A DNA stretch of 63,310 nt, filler included, from Porpidia crustulata (Eukaryota): NCBI GenBank assembly GCA_964255105.1. It is 12 parts of 12 records of this genome, joined end to end, with 100 filler letters (N's around TTAATTAATTAA, not from the genome) between each part and the next. Parts side by side here need not be neighbours in the genome. Positions count along the whole stretch, not along the records: positions 10,602 to 15,798 come from CAXUWE010001884.1; positions 15,899 to 21,084 come from CAXUWE010001885.1; positions 21,185 to 26,368 come from CAXUWE010001886.1; 9 more parts are not named here. The stretch is one strand, 5' to 3'. The notes below the pieces were generated by a model that was not told the DNA's origin, did no database searches, and saw only the letters and a program-made list of their open reading frames with translations. Below, one piece after another: positions 12,661-23,801 of this stretch. A program made the position numbers and the translations under genes. Every line of letters begins with the position of its first letter. Within the stretch, counting starts at the first letter, position 1.

Positions 12661-13188
12661 TTTTGATGCCAGCGAGGGCAAGCGCTCGACCGAGTTGACT
12701 CTCTGGTATCAATGAACACTCCCTAAGGTCAATGTTGGTGGGCCTCGACAAAGACTGCCGGCCTGTCCTTGAACGGGGCGGAAAGCCTCCGTCTAGATAC
12801 TTCTCACTGCCAGATTGCGCATCCAAGCAGAATTCTTTTCATGCGGGAATTGCGCAAATCAGACTTGTCGACAGGAGATTGCTGAGTTACTGGTTGACGT
12901 TGTCTTGAGCAAAAAGATAAGATTCAGTGAGTTACTACTTAGGTCTCCGAGTGGTTTCAATCTGAAGACGGGGGTTTGGTGGTCCCGGTCAACTCAAAGA
13001 GGAAAGGTGCCCAAGATCATGTCGGGAATTCCAGGGTTCCGCGATATTTTGTTTTAAGCGTTCAAATTACTATCTATCGAATTATCTCTTTCGCCTCTTA
13101 GAACTCAGATTAGCTTCAGCCTTCACCTTTCCCTTTTTCAATTGCTCTTTACATCATTAGCATTAATTCTCCTATCCTCTTCCACATT

Positions 13189-14841
13189 ATGTCGGTTTCC
13201 GTGCGAATAGCAATACGGCAAGCGCCCATCCGCTGTTTGGGCAGCACGACCATCGTCGCCAGATCCGCTTCGACTTGGGCTCACATAGCTCAAGGTCCCC
13301 CTGTAAGTCTTCAAGATCCATTGACCCGGCGCTCCTCAATTGACCTGAATATTAGGATGTAAGTCAAGCTTGAGTGCAAGAATTGAATCATTCAGCTGAT
13401 CTTTGACTGCCCCTAAGGCAATCCTGGGTAAGAAAGCCATAAGGAGGCTTTAGCACTAGCTAACAAGCGATTACAGGTATTACAGAAGCCTTCAAGGCGG
13501 ATAGTTTCCCAAAAAAGATCAATTTAGGAGTCGGGGCTTACCGTAAGTTGGTATCCGTAAGCCAAATCTTCCGATGGACGCTGATCAACTCTGTAGGTGA
13601 TGACAAGGGAAAACCATACGTCCTACCATCCGTTCGAAGCGCAGAGAAGAAGGTTGTAGACTCGGCCCTTGATAAAGAGTATGCCGGAATTACTGGTGTT
13701 CCATCCTTTACCAAAGCCGCTGCCGTTCTCGCGTATGGTAGTGGCTCAACAGCAATCAAGGAGGACAGAGTAGCAATTACACAATCCATCTCTGGTACTG
13801 GAGCCTTGAGGATAGGCGGAGAATTCCTGGCAAGACACTATCCCAATGCGAAGAAGATATACATACCTACACCTAGCTGGGCGAACCACAATGCTGTCTT
13901 CAGTGATTCAGGGCTCGAAGTAATAAAGTATAAATATTATAACAAAGATACCATCGGACTAGACTTCGAGGGTATGCTGGCCGATCTTAAGGCGGCTCCT
14001 GAGGCCAGCATTGTTCTTTTGCACGCCTGCGCGCACAACCCCACAGGCATCGACCCATCGGAAGCGCAGTGGAAGCAAATTAGTGACGTTGTCAAGGAGA
14101 AAAAGCATTATCCTTTCTTCGATATGGCTTACCAAGGCTTCGCCAGCGGTGATACCGATCAAGATGCTTTCCCCGTCAGGTACTTCCAAAGCCAAGGTCA
14201 CACATTCGCATTGGCTCAGAGTTTCGCCAAGAATATGGTACGACTTTCCCATCTACAATGATCTTTCGAAATTCTGCGCTGATACAATCCAGGGTTTGTA
14301 TGGCGAGCGTGTCGGAGCCTTCTCCATCGTATGCGAGTCGGCAGAGGAGAAGAAACGCGTTGATTCGCAGATTAAGATCCTAGTGCGCCCATTGTACTCC
14401 AACCCTCCAGTTCACGGTGCTCGGATCGCTTCCGAGATCTTGAACGACCCGGGCCTTAACAAGCAGTGGCTCGGAGAAGTCAAGGGAATGGCGGATCGCA
14501 TTATCAGCATGCGTGCCCTTTTGAAGATGAACCTCGAGGACCTGGGCAGCAAGCATGATTGGAGCCATATTACATCCCAGGTAGGCTTTGCCAATCTACA
14601 GCAATCAACCGCATTGTTGACTATTTAGATCGGCATGTTCGCCTATACTGGCTTGACCCCGACTCAAATGGATACTCTAGCGAAAGAGGTTAGTGATTTC
14701 TCGATATCGCTAGTTCTTCGCTAACGATGCGCACTTTAGCATTCGGTATACGCTACGAAGGACGGAAGAATTTCGGTGGCAGGCATTACTACGGGTAACG
14801 TTCAACGCCTTGCAGAAGCCATTCACAAGGTCACCAGTTAG
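13189..14841 (+). CDS. AAT1: Mitochondrial aspartate aminotransferase
   Basis: Presequence followed by QGPP-D-AILG-ITEAF rebuilt through microexons; [41 protein letters not shown] (PLP lysine); [13 protein letters not shown]. Confidence 0.96.
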
Positions 14842-15798
14842 GAATCGAGTCCGAACGTACCCATCCATTGCTATCGCCCAAAAGCTTATTTTCTATTACT
14901 CCCTTGCATAAATGAGCCCGGATTGAGCGTGGCTTTTGGTCGGCCGGATGTATTGGTAGACTGGATAAACGGGATCTGGCTTGTGTATTGTTGTACATTT
15001 ACTCGGTTATCTCACATGAATTCGATTTCAAAATGGTACCCCATCATTGCTCATGCTTTGGCAGCGTCATTGTTTCCGTTCATGTTCGGACCGTCTGCCG
15101 ATCGCAGACAGCAGTGCTACATGGTGTGCGGGGATTTGTCTTGGTTGCTGATCATGAGCAGGCGCCAAGCCAGCTTTTTCTCAAGTTGGGGCTCTTCGAT
15201 CTCCGCCTTCCTTTCGTAGCAGTCACCAACAGTCCAGCCTTCAGTCCTCTTCAATCCAGCCTTCACCAAAGGCTTCGGAGTCACTTGGATCTTCCATCAG
15301 TAGTCCACAAACAGTGGAGGCGTGGGGATAATAATGCAATACCAGAGGTATGAATACGAAGGTTTCCAAGCGATATGCGGCCCAGTGACCACGTCCTGAA
15401 CAGGTAAGACGACCTCCGAATGCTGTGAAATTGTTGATACACCACCCCAACATGATACATGAAGACCCGGCAACGGATGTGCCGGCACACGACGGCGATG
15501 GCTCCCGTTGGTTTACATGTAAGCCTCAATGCGGTGGGAACAGGTTAAGGTGGAAGGAAGACGAGATAGGTATGGTGGTATGGTAGGTTCAGAGAGGGCG
15601 GGAAATAAAGATGGATTTTATCATCAGGAATTAAGCGAACGAGGACCAGGATGAAAAGGTGAGAAGAAGGGCTGATCAAAGGCTCTGGACCGGGTCGGAA
15701 GTGACGAAGAAGCTACCGGGAGCGCGGCCCCACCTGCACATTGATATCATAGCCCGTACTAGGGCCTCCCAGCCTGCCCGCCTCCCACAATCCTCCCC

Positions 15799-15898
15799 NN
15801 NNNNNNNNNNNNNNNNNNNNNNNNNNNNNNNNNNNNNNNNNNTTAATTAATTAANNNNNNNNNNNNNNNNNNNNNNNNNNNNNNNNNNNNNNNNNNNN
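15799..15898. other. Artificial contig-joining spacer
   Basis: N44-TTAATTAATTAA-N44. Confidence 0.98.
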
Positions 15899-16340
15899 GG
15901 TTAGGAGGGCACGGGCGGCGGAGGCATCGGAGGGGGAGATGCGTTGTTTGAAGACATCTTTTTCGAGGAGTTTGTCTGGTTTTCAAGGATTGGTTAGGAA
16001 TTGTCTCAGCGGTCAGTAGAGCTTGGGGGGAAAGAACCTGCAAATTTCAAGCCCTTGTCTATTGATGCCTGAGAGTTGTCTACCAGGGTGACGGGGACCT
16101 TTGCTTTAAGGGCCGCTACGAGTGCGATGCCTAAACCCTGATCTCCTTGAATCAGCTTTTGGTATACCATAATCCTTAGTTTTTCTCCCTCAGTTGGATG
16201 CGTACCATTTGGCCAGCTCCGACAACCCCCAAACTCTTGACTTCGGCTACAGCAAGCATTGGGTTCGCGCTGAAGGTGCGTCGAAGAGCTACATTGGGAA
16301 TGCGGCCCAACTGCCTAAGTGGGCTCCTTATGAATAGCAT
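15899..16340 (-). CDS. Mitochondrial 3-hydroxybutyryl-CoA (3-hydroxyacyl-CoA) dehydrogenase, N-terminal part
   Basis: Presequence followed by Rossmann motif LGVVGAGQM/GLGIALVAA...VTLVDNSQASIDKGLKFA across an intron; cut by the contig end. Confidence 0.88.
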
Positions 16341-16597
16341 TCTAAGTGGTATTTGGCGCTGCTTGAACGGTAGCAAAGTACCAATACGTTCCCAGACGTT
16401 ATTTGAGGTTCTTCATTTGATACGGAGCAATTGAGGAATCAATCGTACCTCGGCAAAATCGCCCTCCTCTGCGGCATCGGGTAGCAGGGGTATACTTAGC
16501 CAATCGTAAGGTATGCGTCCATACGTCGTAGCGCCATGCGCGCTTACCCGCGATACCTCGGTAGAAACGCCTTATGAAACCGTCGCGTCGAATCCAA

Positions 16598-16603
16598 ACG
16601 CGT
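16598..16603. promoter_or_regulatory. MCB (MluI cell-cycle box) ACGCGT upstream of TOF1
   Basis: ACGCGT about 50 bp upstream of the TOF1 ATG, with TCGCGT at 16583-16588. Confidence 0.5.
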
Positions 16604-16654
16604 CAAGTACAGATAGCAATAGCAGTCCCCAAACTGGGGAAATCATCGAGTGCA

Positions 16655-19600
16655 ATGGATTGGGAGGAGTCTTCGCATAGTACCGTGGATCCGGAGGTCC
16701 GCGCTTATGTCTACAGTCTTGTGTCTGCGGTAGGTCAAATGAGCCCTTGATCGATGATGGAAGCTAATAATGTGATAGCTTGGTGGGACTGGTGCCGACG
16801 AGGATGGTCGATATTTACTAGGAGATGATGCATTGGCATGTCTTAAAGATCTTAACAAATGGTTGAAATTACATGATGAGAAGGCAAACAGGCTAGACGT
16901 TGCTCGCTGTCTTGCTGAATCCAATCTTGTCAATGGAGACCTTTTGGAGATTTTGGCTGCTTGGCCAGAGGAAGGGGCAGAGGACGGACTCAAGTTCAAA
17001 ATTGCATTAGCATGCTGTAAGTTTGTCTACAATGCCTGCGTTACCAAAGCTGATATATTGAATTCAAGTGGAGCTTCTTGTGCCCTTGACTTGGCCCATT
17101 GAGAAGAATGATATGCAAATGACTGTCAACCACCACCGCCATGTTCCGTATCTCCAGCTGGCTCAGGCCTCTTACAAAGAGGCAATTTTGGGGCATGATT
17201 CGCATTGTATCCTCCGAACCTCAGTACGAATTGGTCTTCCTTCAATCGCGCTGCCCATGGGGAATAGAAGGTCCAGAGACGAGGGAATAATCAGATTGCT
17301 TCTTTACTTCTTTCGAAACATTGCATTGATATCGCCGCCGCTGAATCTGCCAATCGATGGGAAGGAGAGTGACGTTTCGCGGGCAGCCACAATCAATGCG
17401 TTCCACCAACAAGATGTCCTCGCCCTACTACTCACGATATCCTCGAATATGGGTGAAGACTTCAACACTCAAGACGTGGTCATAATGGAGGTGCTTTTTT
17501 ATCTTCTCAAAGGCGTCGACGTGGAAAAGCTATTCATGGGTCAAGAACAGCTCAGTGCGCAGAATACAGATGAGCTCAAGGGTCTACTGGCAAAGGAAGC
17601 TGGTATGCACAGAGATTACGCCAGGAATGCACCCACTAGACACAACCGCTTCGGCACTATGATCTGGGTGAAACGCGACGATTCTCGAATGTCCACGGTT
17701 TCTGGTCAAGACAGCTTAACAAACAGCCAGAAGACCTTGTCAAAAATGGACTCTACAAAGAAGTGGAATAAACCAAAACAGCGCATGAAAGATGCCGAGC
17801 AGAATCCAGAGCGATTTGATCTTCCTGTGCCACTCACCGCTTCAGCGAGCGAGCATCTTCGTTTGTTTGTTGAAGAATTTCTCGATTCGAGCTTCAACCC
17901 TCTGTTCAACCATATACGCAAAGCTATAGAGCGAGAAGCAGATCGGGTTCTAGAAACCCATACACAGCAGTTCTTTTATTTGATTTCCTGGTTTCTTGAA
18001 GCTGAACGCGTGCGCCGACGCAAACAAAACGATGCACAGAAGAAGAACAAGAAGATTGCTGCTGACTTTGAGGCCGAGAGTTTTGCCTTAATCGCAAGCG
18101 TATTAAATCAAGAGACTTTCATCCTGCTGAATCGCTTCATGCAAGACAGACTAGACAACAAGATTTGGCGAGATGTTCATGCTGGAAACCTATGCTTTAC
18201 TCAGATCCTCTTGATTGTCCAGGAAATGGCGGAGTCGCCACTCGAGGAAGATCAGGAGATTGCAGAAAATATACAGAATCGGATTTTCTACGAAGAAACC
18301 ACACATGACCGGGTGATTGCTATACTTCGAGGCTACAAGGACCAAGGCTTCGGGTATCTCAACTCTTGCACGGAACTTTCGCACGTCTTCCTCCGTATGC
18401 TTGAGCGCTATTCGAAGGAAAATCTTGACTTGCAAGTGAGGTCTCGACGGCGGACTAGAAGGAAGAAGAAAGCTGCAGCCACTGAGATCAACGACTCAAA
18501 TCAATATGAAGGGGATGCATCAGAAGCAGAAGATGTAGTAGAGGCGGAGAGAACGTCAAAGGAACGCAAATTTGATTTTACCCGATTGGCTTCCAAATTC
18601 ATGGCACAGGCCTGCGTCGACACGTTCGTCATCTTCACAAAATACTACAATGACCTTAATTTGGATCAGCTAAAGCGAGCCCACCGTTTCTTTTACAGAA
18701 TTGCATTCAAGCAAGAGCTGAGTGTCATGCTTTTTCGGATAGACATCATTGCAATGTTCAACCAGATGATCAAAGGCCCCCAGGGACTCGACCCAAAAAG
18801 CTCGATTTTCAGGGAATGGGATGAATTGATCAGACAATTGATCAAACGTATGACCAAAAAGCTCGGACAAAGGCCGGAGCTTGCTATAGAGATGTTGTTC
18901 AGTAAGATTAATTCCTCAGTATTCTACCTAGAGTATGGTTACGAGAAGCAAACAAAATCATCCAGCTCCAGAGCACCGGCAGTGCTGGAGGTCAAGGGTG
19001 CCATGACAAAAGAGGAACAGATCGGGGTAGCAGTAGCTGTTCTACATGAGGATAAGCTTGATGCCATAGATTGGATCGCCAAGACCCTTTCTTCTGCAGC
19101 CACAGAGCGACAAAGCTGGGAAGCGGAGGTAGTGGCGAGACAGATCGAACAAGGAGCTACCGAAGAGCCAGCAGTACCCTCGGAGGCACCTTCAATCAGT
19201 AAGTCACGTACGACCGAGTTGTGCAAGTGATAATTAACACTTTTAGTCGTATCTCCAGACAACGACGAGCGAAGAATCGCGATTTTCAAGGATAATAAAC
19301 TCCGCCTCCTCATGACCTTGGTAGGCTTCGCACGCCTAGGAATCGACGACGAACCCGGCGCTACCTGGATCATTCCTTCTGCCCTTTTAGCAAGAGAGCT
19401 ACATGAAGTACATGAAATTGTCCAAAAGCACCGCAACAATCCAACATTGCAGTATGGTGACGAAGATCCTTTGAGCGCCGAAGAGATGCTTCGAAGAAAG
19501 CCGAAAAGTCGTGCTGAATACGACGACGATTCCGAAGGTGATGGCATTGTCTCTGATTGCGACGAGGACTTTCTCTTCCCCGGTGGAGGTGGCCCGACAA

Positions 19601-20400
19601 ACGCCAATCGTAAGTCAGCTGCACTTGAAGAGCTGAAGAGGATAAGACGCAAGCGGAGACTTTCCGGCGACGAAGACGGGTTAGATCCTGAGGTTTTAGA
19701 GGCGAGAATGAAGACCAGGATGGAGAATGATCTAGAGAAGCAGAGGAAGATTAAAAGCTCTGAGTTTGTAGTTGACAGTGATGAGGACGAAGACGCTGAT
19801 AGACTATTTTTTCAGAAGGAAGAAGAGAGGCGGAAGGTGCATGCAGCGAAGGTTCATGAGGTCTTGCGGGCCGGGAGGCAAGAAGGAAGCGATGCTAAGG
19901 AAAGCAAGAAGCGGAAGAGCGATATTGTCCCCGAGAGCCAAGCCAAGAAAAGCAGGATCTCCGCATTCTATTCCGACAGCGAGGATGACGAACCCTTGGA
20001 TGATCCCTTATCTCGACCTCCGAGTCGCGCTCTCTCTGGCACTAGCTCCAACGACGATTCTGATCAGTCTCGAGACACACCACTCTCATCCCTGCACCCC
20101 GCTTCCTCTCAAGAAAACCCCTTGAAGAACACTACAGGAAACATCCTTCCCTTGGACGAAAGCACCACGGTCATCAGGAACGCAAGGGCTCTCAATGTCG
20201 CTTGGGACGGATCCGATCACGAGAATGATTCACTGTCTTTCACAGCCGAGAAATCGAAATTCCCGAAAAGATACGATGCTCAACAGGATGCCGCGGCTCT
20301 CTACCTTCGGGAGCCACAGGTTCAAATGGACGACGAGGAGTTGTTCTTCGCAGACTCCAGGAGACGGCGGGTGGTGCTGGATGATAGCGATGACGAATGA
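16655..20400 (+). CDS. TOF1: Topoisomerase 1-associated factor 1 (Tof1/Swi1/Timeless), fork protection complex
   Basis: [63 protein letters not shown]; acidic C-terminus; three introns. Confidence 0.95.
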
Positions 20401-21084
20401 GGTCTGTCTACTTTAGTTACGAAAGTGGTGGGGCGTTCTGTGACGGTCAGATGGGGACCCAGGAGTCATAGCCATGAGAGCGTGGTTGCCTGGTGGATTC
20501 GGGATAGGGGCGTTGTGGGAAAATGGATCGAGCCTGGAAATGCAATGCTCCCGTGTTGGTTGTCATGTGTCTTACATTCGTTAAGTTCATCATCATCCCC
20601 CACCCCTACAGTCACTTGTGACAACTCACGGATTCTTTAACCGAACATACCAATAACCGCAACTTCCAACCCAGCTCTCTTCTTTTCTTCCCTACCTTCA
20701 ACTCTACATGAAATCGCTTCGCCCACATCAGTGCATCCCCCGGGGCCTCCCGATTGTCAACATCCCCCACAGGAAGTGTGAAAGACCATCACAGCTGCCT
20801 CACCACCGCACGCCTCTTGGGTGTCCACTGTCGACTCCGGCACTCGCCCCGTCAGCGCTTGGTGCCCGATACTCATCAAACCCTCTAACATTACCACGCC
20901 GTCCGCACTGTCCACTATCCCCCGCCTCTGCCGCCACGATGCACCCGAAGCCCATACTTAATGCAGTAAATACACCGCCCTCGTCATCCTCGGCTGCCAT
21001 TTCAACTGCGACGACCGGCTTCCATCCAAGTGCCTCGCCTGCTCGTATCCCCCGTCGTTTTCCACATTCTCCATGGTCCCAACC

Positions 21085-21184
21085 NNNNNNNNNNNNNNNN
21101 NNNNNNNNNNNNNNNNNNNNNNNNNNNNTTAATTAATTAANNNNNNNNNNNNNNNNNNNNNNNNNNNNNNNNNNNNNNNNNNNN
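21085..21184. other. Artificial contig-joining spacer
   Basis: N44-TTAATTAATTAA-N44. Confidence 0.98.
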
Positions 21185-21715
21185 CCCTTCAACTTGATAC
21201 CTGTACCGGCCACGGGGACCGGGGTGCACCGCGCTAAACAGGTCTTACGGGATCAATTCGGGCATGCAAACAAACCCCCCCGGCCCCCCCCCCCCTCCCA
21301 ATACTTTAACATTTTGACCGTATTATTCATAATCCTCCCCGTCAGATCATCAAATCATCCCACCACTACTATTCCCACAACAACACCTGCTTTACCACGT
21401 TGTCGACTATTCGACCATCTGCGTTGCTCTCTACTACTACAATTCATTTCTCATAACCATCTACACTATCAACCTATTAACCAGGTCTTCACTCTACCTG
21501 CGTGCTACCGTCTTTCCCTGCAACTTGAGATCGACAAATTCCCCCCACATACTATCCTGCACCGCCAGGCATCACCACCATGGTATTCACTCCTCGATAA
21601 CACCGATCATCAACCACATGACCATGCCTCTATGAAGGACTTTACGACTGTTTACAACTTCATGATTCCTTCTCAGCCGACTAAACCTGGATCTTCTCGT
21701 CAATTACCGAACACA

Positions 21716-22744
21716 ATGGACGCCCTCCAAAGCTTTACCTACCTAACCGATAACCTACCGCTGTGGCTGGTCAAACTCGACCAGCTATCGATCCAAGTCA
21801 TCGAACAAAATACCCGCTTCACAAGACTCACTCACATAACTGAGGTCAAGTTGGCCAGGAAGAAAACAGGATCGACCGAATCGTTACGGCCGAATGTCAA
21901 CGATAATCCCGAATCTACCGCAGTCATAGCCTCGAACGTCTCGATGCCGCTCACAACCCAACCCGTGTCGAGTAATGCAGTCATTCTCAAAGACACAACG
22001 CGAAATATCCTTCGAAAACGCAAACCTGGCTCGGCATTGTCCGGAACATCCGGCCCTCAAAGACATCGTACTCGATCGATGATCGTTGTGCACTACGACT
22101 CGAATATACAAGATGCCTTTGAGATGCTGGTTCGAAACATCGCTGGTGCTAGAAATAATTTGCGAAAAGGAAAAACAGCTGCAAGCTTCAAGAGCCGGAT
22201 GGCTGCCCTCGATACGGGAGGGCCTAACAGCGGACCTGGATCTGGATCTGATATATTCCCAATGCTTGATCCAAAGATGCGCCTCAAAATTGGTATCAAT
22301 CGAAAATTACAAGGCACAAGCGCGGACTCGGCATTCGAGTCGATGGACGGCGACCTCGAGAAAGCTCAGAGCTTATGTGAGATTGCCGCACATCAAATGC
22401 TCAGAGATGGGAACTGCAGAGAAGAGCTGAAGGGCGCCAAGGAGAGGTTCGAGAATTGTTTAAAGGTGGCGAGGACTCAGGCGGAAAAACTACGGGAGGA
22501 GAACGCAAAGGAAAAGAAAGCGGAAGAGGTAGAAGCCAAGCAAACAGTGGATGTGGCCCAGGAGATGGCACCCGAACCATCGAGACCCGAACTTGTGGAG
22601 TTTGCTCTTTCCGAAAAACCCGGGTTCCCCACCATCAAGCATAGCGCCTTTACGGGCGTGGGCAACATTGAAGTTGACAACGAATCCGACGTCAGCTCAA
22701 CTCACGTCGACCTCAGTGCCATTCGCAGGACCAGGAGGGTTTGA
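21716..22744 (+). CDS. Conserved fungal hypothetical protein
   Basis: Intronless ORF MDALQSFTYLTDNLPLW...SMIVVHYDSNIQDAFEMLVRNIAGARNNLRKGK...QSLCEIAAHQMLRDG; alternative in-frame ATGs at 21632 and 21662. Confidence 0.75.
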   Translation: MDALQSFTYLTDNLPLWLVKLDQLSIQVIEQNTRFTRLTHITEVKLARKKTGSTESLRPNVNDNPESTAVIASNVSMPLTTQPVSSNAVILKDTTRNILRKRKPGSALSGTSGPQRHRTRSMIVVHYDSNIQDAFEMLVRNIAGARNNLRKGKTAASFKSRMAALDTGGPNSGPGSGSDIFPMLDPKMRLKIGINRKLQGTSADSAFESMDGDLEKAQSLCEIAAHQMLRDGNCREELKGAKERFENCLKVARTQAEKLREENAKEKKAEEVEAKQTVDVAQEMAPEPSRPELVEFALSEKPGFPTIKHSAFTGVGNIEVDNESDVSSTHVDLSAIRRTRRV

Positions 22745-23801
22745 GTATCGAAGGAGAATTTGCGGTATCTATGTCTGTTCTATTAACGATGCATCTTCGG
22801 TTTGATGATGGGTAATCCGAGCGCTTTGACCTGCATGTACTGGCTCTACGTTATTGTGCACAGCGGTCGTTTCAACATGGTTTACGAGACGGAAAGCATT
22901 GCATTAGAGTTCTCTGGTCTGCAGTGGTCACCACCTTCGGGTCTACACGGTGGATGATCTTTTGTGCTGGATCTATCAAAACTAGAAGTACATTTGCTCT
23001 CACCGCGTCACTTTGATGCACGCTTTGATTGCAGCCTTGACATCAATACTGTTGTACTGACAGAATCTTAGGCATTATGATAGTGTATCTCATCAGCTGC
23101 CCACCATTTGCCAATGCAAGTAAGTCTACTCTCCTTGGCTCAGTACTTGGATTACCTTCTCGGGTCATTTGTGTTCTATCGGGGTGGCAAGCGAATCAAG
23201 TCCAAAATCTCGTTACTGTAGATTCTTGTTCCGTATGATGCTTCGTTTGCTGCAATTGCATTATACAAGTACTTGGTGATAAGTAGAAACATATCTATGG
23301 AAGAGGTAAGTTATATGCTCCTATGGGTGTTCTTGCACAGCTCCGATGACGGTGATACTTCTGAATCCGTAAGCGAAATCTTCAAGACGAAGTGAATTCT
23401 CCATGGGAAGATCCGAGGAAAATTCCAATTGTTGCTTTCATCCCGAGTCACTTTTTCCGAGTAATTCCATCAAGTCTTCACTACTCTAGACCACCTTCAA
23501 TCTTCAATTGCCTCTTCCATTGGTAGTCTTCTTGTAGTACATCTCTTGATTGAGAGTGCTTTTACATATTCAGCATTGTCTCCTTGCCTCGAATAGCAGC
23601 TAGAACCTACTCCCTAAAGTCATCCTACGGATCATTGGCAATATTGAGATTATCATAGCTTGGCCGTTGAGTACACGATGAGCTTACAGTGATCCAAGGT
23701 TCGTGTACATCCATTAGCTTTCACAAAGCTGACAATCACTAGGCAGTGCTGTCACAAACTAAATTCCACCATCTAGCGAGGATACAGGAATCCATAAAGA
23801 C

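Noticed and set aside
14923..15798. Several short overlapping ORFs downstream of AAT1
   Set aside because: They have no recognisable motif and no consistent exon structure.
20425..21084. Short ORFs after TOF1 at the contig end
   Set aside because: No frame could be supported; at most this is an unidentifiable gene tail.
21194..21631. N-terminal extension of the 516-aa ORF
   Set aside because: It starts at TTG in low-complexity C-rich 5' sequence; the convincing protein begins at the later ATGs.
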